Below, piece by piece: positions 63,681 through 64,000 of a stretch of DNA of 64,000 nucleotides. A program made the position numbers and the translations under genes. Origin of the DNA: Stegostoma tigrinum (Eukaryota); assembly GCF_030684315.1 (NCBI RefSeq), contig NC_081377.1, positions 22,630,001 through 22,694,000 of the forward strand, given 5' to 3'. Position 1 is the first letter of the stretch. Each line of letters starts with the position of its first letter. The notes beneath the pieces were generated by a model. The model was given only the letters and a program-made list of their open reading frames with translations. It searched no databases and was not told the DNA's origin.

Positions 63681-64000
63681 TGAGAGTAAACTAGACTTGG
63701 GTTTAAGGTCACATTAAAAATTAATATATGCAATATCACGCTGCTCCTTCAGTAACACATTTAATTGATCCTCCAATTAGAACTGCAGAAACGAATGACC
63801 TTCTAATTGAGGCAGAAATGCAACTACTGAACAGAGGCCTGAAATGAGTTTTACAGCCTGTTGTTTCTCTGAAATACATCTTGATAATTTAAGCATTAGG
63901 ATTAAGGGGGAAGGAATAAAATTAAGACAATGTCAATATTGAGCTACTTTTGAAAAATATTATTCTTGCAGCTGCTAAGTTTTAATGTAATTGGAAGTGT

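Overview
Eukaryotic, AT-rich, repeat-dense vertebrate DNA; the repeat families suggest a shark or other elasmobranch (inference). It holds three intron-containing genes. (1) The 5' part of claspin (CLSPN, minus strand, coding exons 1-7, continuing past the left edge). (2) A complete neurochondrin CDS (NCDN, minus strand, 6 coding exons plus a probable non-coding first exon). (3) The 5' part of KIAA0319L/AAVR (plus strand, 3 coding exons, continuing past the right edge). NCDN and KIAA0319L are head-to-head around a CpG-rich promoter at about 28.6-29.7 kb. All called coding exons have GT/AG boundaries with mutually consistent phases. Introns and spacers carry CR1/L2-type LINE fragments, tRNA-derived SINEs and two truncated Penelope-like (RT + GIY-YIG) elements. 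The most unusual signal is about 10 short Penelope-terminus-derived elements. Many carry a minimal hammerhead-ribozyme core (CUGANGA-stem II-GAAAC-GUC), several are fold-back palindromes with their own target-site duplications, one sits inside the NCDN/KIAA0319L promoter, and inverted pairs bracket KIAA0319L exons. Most ORFs in the supplied track are spurious. Gene and repeat-family names come from recalled sequence similarity; no database search was run.
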